A stretch of 64,000 nt of DNA from Candidatus Moanibacter sp. Lineage in GTDB: Bacteria > Verrucomicrobiota > Verrucomicrobiia > Opitutales > UBA2987. The notes under the pieces were generated by a model that saw nothing but the letters and a program-made list of their open reading frames with translations, had not been told where the DNA came from and searched no databases. Below, in pieces: positions 59,388 to 64,000 of this stretch; the first letter of the stretch is position 1; each line of letters starts with the position of its first letter. The position numbers and the translations under genes are program-made. The DNA lies in assembly GCA_965215885.1 (NCBI GenBank), contig CBDCEW010000101.1, positions 64,001 through 128,000 on the forward strand, read 5' to 3'.

Positions 59388-60254
59388 ATGACTACCGAAA
59401 ATCATACCACGACGATAGATAAATCCGACAGCTTACCTGATACCGAGCCGGTTCCCATGACACCGGAGCAAGAGTTCTTCTTCGACCTCCGTGGATGGAT
59501 ATTGCTGCCTTCCGTATTGTCGGGGGCGGAGATTGACGAGATGAAGGCGGAGGTATACGCGGGCGCCAAGAAAGGTTACGAGGGTGCGCTGCAGCGACTC
59601 CTGGATCATCCGGCGATTGCAGGAATCCTCTCCGAGATCTTGTGCGAGGATCCGTACGTTTCGGACGAATGCTACGGTTTTCGGTGCGAGAGCTCCTTCA
59701 CGACGGTTCGGCCGCCCGGATGGAGCATGACGGAGCGGGGTGACGGCGGTCGGGCCCACGTCGTGCGTCCTCCCCAACAGGCCAATGCCATGCGCTACCA
59801 AGTGGCGGGGGGCAAGATTTTCGCCGGACTGACCCGGGTGGTATGGGAGTTGGAAGAGGTAAAAGCCGGTCAAGGCGGCACCTCCTTCCTCAGTGGCTCA
59901 CACAAGGCTCATTTCAACTACGGTGGCCCGAACCGGTACCAGCCGAATACCGACGGCTCGCCCTGGAAAGATAACATCAGGGCCATGATGGAGGACTACA
60001 GTTGCCCTGCGGGATCGGTGGTTGTCTTTACCGAGAGCCTCGTCCACGCCGCCAATAGTTGGACGAACCCGGACAATCCGCGGTGTGCCGTCTTCAACTG
60101 CTACAACTCGGTCTGGGCGCAGTGGCACCGAACCAATCTCAGTCACGACCTCATCGTGACCATGCCTCCGAAGCGAAGAACCCTCTTTCGCGGTACCTGG
60201 CAACTCGGAGAAGGCGGAAACCGTGAGTATTCGGCTGAGAACCGGGCGCTTTGA
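59388..60254 (+). CDS. Phytanoyl-CoA dioxygenase family protein
   Basis: FFDLRGW, GSHKA, AGSVVVFTESLVH; start inferred. Confidence 0.78.
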   Translation: MTTENHTTTIDKSDSLPDTEPVPMTPEQEFFFDLRGWILLPSVLSGAEIDEMKAEVYAGAKKGYEGALQRLLDHPAIAGILSEILCEDPYVSDECYGFRCESSFTTVRPPGWSMTERGDGGRAHVVRPPQQANAMRYQVAGGKIFAGLTRVVWELEEVKAGQGGTSFLSGSHKAHFNYGGPNRYQPNTDGSPWKDNIRAMMEDYSCPAGSVVVFTESLVHAANSWTNPDNPRCAVFNCYNSVWAQWHRTNLSHDLIVTMPPKRRTLFRGTWQLGEGGNREYSAENRAL

Positions 60255-60712
60255 AGTTGGTACTCCGGAGATTGAATCGTAGCACACTGTTCCCGCTCGG
60301 CGGGAACCAGGAGGCAAAGCAAGTTGCAGGTTGAATTCTATCTCTATCCTTATTCTATCAGCAGTAGAATAATTGACTGCGGTTGGGTGAACGGGTGATC
60401 GCTCAATCGGAAGATTCAAAAGGAGTCTGCTGAAATACTTTCCACGTTCTGACGAACGCGGCTACCACTGGAATTGGAATGAAGGCCGAGACCGCTTACG
60501 CGATTGGATATTACCGAATCGAGACTGTAGCTGAAAGCGGAAGTTTTTCGATTCTCGCGAATTCTCGAGAACGAGGACGATTACGAGGACGAAAGGAATC
60601 GTGGGATAAACCCACTCCTACAATCTTTCATGGCAATAGGACCATCGTTTGGTGTAGGAGCGGCTTTATGCCGCGATGGAATTTCAGAATGGAAACTCCC
60701 CCACCTGGAATC

Positions 60713-62038
60713 TCACCCCATCCTCGGACCATCAACATCACTTCTTTTCGAGCTGTCGTCGCGTTGCCTCTCGTCATCGATGAGGTCTGAGAGTTCCCTG
60801 ACGATCTGAGGGTTGTCGGAGGCCTGTTCGATTGTTTCGTAGGGATCTTCCGCGATATTGAAGAGTTCGGATTCGGTCTCGCCTTCCACCTGGCGGCGGA
60901 TTAGCTTCCAGTCGCCGCGGCGGATGCCGAGTTGAGCCGCTCCTTTAAAGTTCCAGAAAAATGCGCGTTCTGCTGGTTGTTCGGCTTCGCCGCTGATCAG
61001 GGGCCAGATATCGGCGCCGTCCCATTGCGGATCAGTCTGGGGTTCCGCACCCGTGAGTCTGGTAAATGTCGGCATCCAGTCAGCGACGTGCACGGGATGA
61101 TTCATCTTCCCGGGAGAGAGGTGACCACGCCAGTTGATTACAGTCGGCGTTCGTATGCCTCCTTCGTAGAGCTGTGCCTTCACCCCGCGGAAGGGGAGGT
61201 TTGACCCGAGACGAGGATAGGCTTCCTGCCACCCGGGATACATGTCGGTTCCGTGAAGCGGGCAATCGTTGATAGCGCCGTTATCCGAAGAGAATATCAC
61301 GATCGTGTTCTCGCGCTGTGTAGTGCGCTCGAGGGCCTCGAGAAGCTCGCCGATCCCCTGGTCCATGTGACTCGTATAGGCCGCGTACTTCTTGTAAGAG
61401 ATGTCCTTCGCGGGAACGTCGTCGAAGTTCTCAAACTGATAGCGGTCGAGCCATGACTGAACGGGTTTCACTGGGACGTGCACGGCGGTAAACGGGACGT
61501 AGCAGAACCAGGGACGATTCCGGCTTTCAATCCATTCCGCGGCTTCTCTTACGATCAAATCGGTGACGTGACCCTTCTCTTCAACCAGGGTGCCGTCCCG
61601 GTGCCAGGTGGCGGAGAATTCACCACGTTTGTAGCAGTGATTGTAGGGATCGACACCGCCCGCCAGACTTCCGTAGGCGGTGTCGAAACCGTGGTTGTTG
61701 GGGCCAAATTGCGGCGATGAACCGAGATGCCATTTGCCGAAGAGACCGGTGTCGTATCCGCGGTTGCGCATAACGGTAGCGAGAGTCTCGTATCCATCCG
61801 GAAGGACGGGGGCGTTGCTCGGGACAGTAGCGTGGGCGCCGAAACGCCCGGGATGGCGCCCTGTCAGGAGTGCGGCCCGGGTCGGGGTGCACATCGGGCA
61901 GACGTAGTGCTGCTCCAGTTCAATTCCATCGGAAGCGAGCCGATCGATGTTCGGGGTCCGGATAGGCGACCCGTGCAGACTCAAATCCGCCCATCCGAGG
62001 TCATCAGCGAGGATGAAGAGGATGTTGGGGGTGGTCAT
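60713..62038 (-). CDS. Arylsulfatase
   Basis: PNILFILADDLG, CTPTR formylglycine motif, GKWHLG, SDNG, YEGG.R. Confidence 0.93.
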   Translation of the reverse strand: MTTPNILFILADDLGWADLSLHGSPIRTPNIDRLASDGIELEQHYVCPMCTPTRAALLTGRHPGRFGAHATVPSNAPVLPDGYETLATVMRNRGYDTGLFGKWHLGSSPQFGPNNHGFDTAYGSLAGGVDPYNHCYKRGEFSATWHRDGTLVEEKGHVTDLIVREAAEWIESRNRPWFCYVPFTAVHVPVKPVQSWLDRYQFENFDDVPAKDISYKKYAAYTSHMDQGIGELLEALERTTQRENTIVIFSSDNGAINDCPLHGTDMYPGWQEAYPRLGSNLPFRGVKAQLYEGGIRTPTVINWRGHLSPGKMNHPVHVADWMPTFTRLTGAEPQTDPQWDGADIWPLISGEAEQPAERAFFWNFKGAAQLGIRRGDWKLIRRQVEGETESELFNIAEDPYETIEQASDNPQIVRELSDLIDDERQRDDSSKRSDVDGPRMG

Positions 62039-62449
62039 CGGTTGGTCCTGCTCGAGGAGAAAAGATGAAGGCATATGGCGGAAATGATGATGAAGATTTG
62101 ACAGGTGTCGATGGGGTTTCGGGTGACGAGTGGTTTCAGGGGCTTCTTTGTCGAACTCCAGGTCTACTGAAACGGCGGCAATTTCCCGGAACCTGTTTTT
62201 CAAATCGCTTCTGCTCAGATACCGGATCCCGTCTCCTTTATCGTCAATCGACGATAAACGATTCTGTGCGATTGGTTTGTTCAGGATGGGATCCGAACGA
62301 CGAAGTTGTCCGGCTACTGTCGAGTCCCGACACCCGAAACCCTTGAATCCATGGCATCTTCTTATCCGGACTCGACATCGGCGCCGTGATCTGAAACCTG
62401 AATCCGGAAATCCTTTTCGAATAGGTTCCATATTGAATGTTCAGCTAAA

Positions 62450-64000
62450 ATGACCGGTAACCTTCACAACAGCTGGCCGGTTCTGAAGTCCTACGATCAG
62501 GAGCATCTTGATCGCATTGCGATGCCGATCGGAGGGATCGGAACCGGGACGATAAGCCTGGGCGGGCGGGGCGACTTGCGTGACTGGGAGATCATGAACC
62601 GTCCGGCGAAGGGATTTATTCCGTGTTGGCCGTTGAGTCACGGGAACCGGGCGCGGATTGGGCCTTTCTTCGCCCTCTATGCGAAGCCAAGCACCGGCGA
62701 TGCGGTTGCACGGTTGCTCGAAGGCCCGTTGCCGATTGAGGCCTACGAGGGCCAGATGGGCGCGACAGGTCCCAACCACGGCCTGCCGCGGTTTCGGAAT
62801 TGCCGGTTTTCGGCGGCCTATCCTCTCGCCCAGGTATCCCTGGACGATCCGGCTGTTCCCCTTGTTGCGAGGATGGAAGCGTTTAATCCGATGGTCCCGG
62901 GCGATGCCGAGGCGAGTGGTTTACCGGTCGCGGTCCTCCGTATTGTCCTGACCAACAAGACGAAGCTTCCGGTTCAGACCTCAGTTTGCGGATCGCTCCC
63001 GAACTTTATCGGTTTTGAGTCTGGTAGTGAGATGGAAGAAGCTCCGGGAAAGGAGCGCCGCGTACGTTTTCGTGTCGGTAAATCGGTCCGTGGTCTTTTC
63101 TACGATGCCCCGGGTGTGGAGGGCAGAAGAGAATCCTTGGGCACGATGGCGTTGGCGACGACGGCACGAATCGGCATTTCGCACCGCACTTCTTGGATCG
63201 AAGCGCACTGGAGCCGGGCATCACTTGATTTTTGGGATGATTTCAGCACTGACGGCAAACTCGAGCCACGTAAGGGGTCCGGCCAGACGGAGCCGATGGG
63301 ATCTCTCGGGGTCTCTCTCCGCGTGCCACCGGGAGCGGCGCGTGCCGTGACGTTTTTGATCACCTGGCATTTTCCCAATCGATTCGCGTGGGCGCCGCAG
63401 ACCGAGAAACCCTGCTGCGGCGATTCGGGCTCCCGAGGCCGCGGCACGGTTGAAGAGGCCGGGGAGGGAAACTGGTATTGCACCCGCTACAAGGACGCCT
63501 GGAACGCCGCGGCTGAGATCGCACCCCGTTTGCCGCAGCTGGAACGGGCCACGGTAGCGTTTGTGAAAGCCTTTTGTAGCTCTGATTTGCCTGAACCGGT
63601 GAAAGAGGCCGCCCTTTTCAACACTTCGACGCTCCGCACGGAGACCTGCTTTCGCACACGTGAAGGACATTTCCTGGCGTGGGAAGGTTGCCGGGACGAA
63701 GAGGGTTGCTGCCATGGCTCTTGCACGCACGTTTGGAATTATGAGCACGCGACGGCGCATCTATTCGGCGACTTGAGCCGGTCCATGCGCGAAACCGAGT
63801 TTCTGCACGCTACTGACGAAGAGGGCAAGATGGCTTTCCGGGTCGACTTGCCTCTGCCGGAGCGCCAGACCGAAGGGCCCGCCGCGGCGGATGGACAGAT
63901 GGGCTGTTTGCTCAAACTCTACCGGGACTGGCAACTGTCCGGGGACGACGAATTTCTGCGCGCCCTCTGGCCGCATGCGCGCCGGGCGCTCGAGTTCTGC
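62450..64000 (+). CDS. GH116 glycoside hydrolase (runs off the window; absent from the ORF track)
   Basis: Manual translation: IAMPIGGIGTG..WEIMNRP, SCTHVWNY, AADGQMG..YRDWQLSGD. Confidence 0.9.
   Translation, partial: MTGNLHNSWPVLKSYDQEHLDRIAMPIGGIGTGTISLGGRGDLRDWEIMNRPAKGFIPCWPLSHGNRARIGPFFALYAKPSTGDAVARLLEGPLPIEAYEGQMGATGPNHGLPRFRNCRFSAAYPLAQVSLDDPAVPLVARMEAFNPMVPGDAEASGLPVAVLRIVLTNKTKLPVQTSVCGSLPNFIGFESGSEMEEAPGKERRVRFRVGKSVRGLFYDAPGVEGRRESLGTMALATTARIGISHRTSWIEAHWSRASLDFWDDFSTDGKLEPRKGSGQTEPMGSLGVSLRVPPGAARAVTFLITWHFPNRFAWAPQTEKPCCGDSGSRGRGTVEEAGEGNWYCTRYKDAWNAAAEIAPRLPQLERATVAFVKAFCSSDLPEPVKEAALFNTSTLRTETCFRTREGHFLAWEGCRDEEGCCHGSCTHVWNYEHATAHLFGDLSRSMRETEFLHATDEEGKMAFRVDLPLPERQTEGPAAADGQMGCLLKLYRDWQLSGDDEFLRALWPHARRALEFC

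Overview
A ~56% GC bacterial window. The C-terminal domain of one secreted protein and an ECF/kinase pair suggest a PVC-group, probably verrucomicrobial, host (inference). Coding content: tRNA-Pro(UGG) with att-like sites, an ABC+HlyD pair, RapA, PepF, TonB, many carbohydrate and redox enzymes (RhaM, GH172, GH20-like, GH4, GH116, sulfatase, Gfo/Idh/MocA, PhyH), two ECF sigma modules, and six toxin-antitoxin loci. Mobile DNA: three 1917-bp copies of an IS5/ISNCY-like element, two different IS4 elements and several MITEs. Most notable: (i) a UGA-readthrough UxxC selenoprotein candidate with a SECIS-like hairpin; (ii) a pseudoknot-capable leader RNA before an ankyrin gene; (iii) a layered intergenic repeat system of short-period inverted arms, GTAG REPINs with an IHF box, and a 5-unit palindromic array, in which 13-18 bp mini-hairpins repeatedly overwrite parts of other repeats. 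All calls are by eye; no database searches were run.
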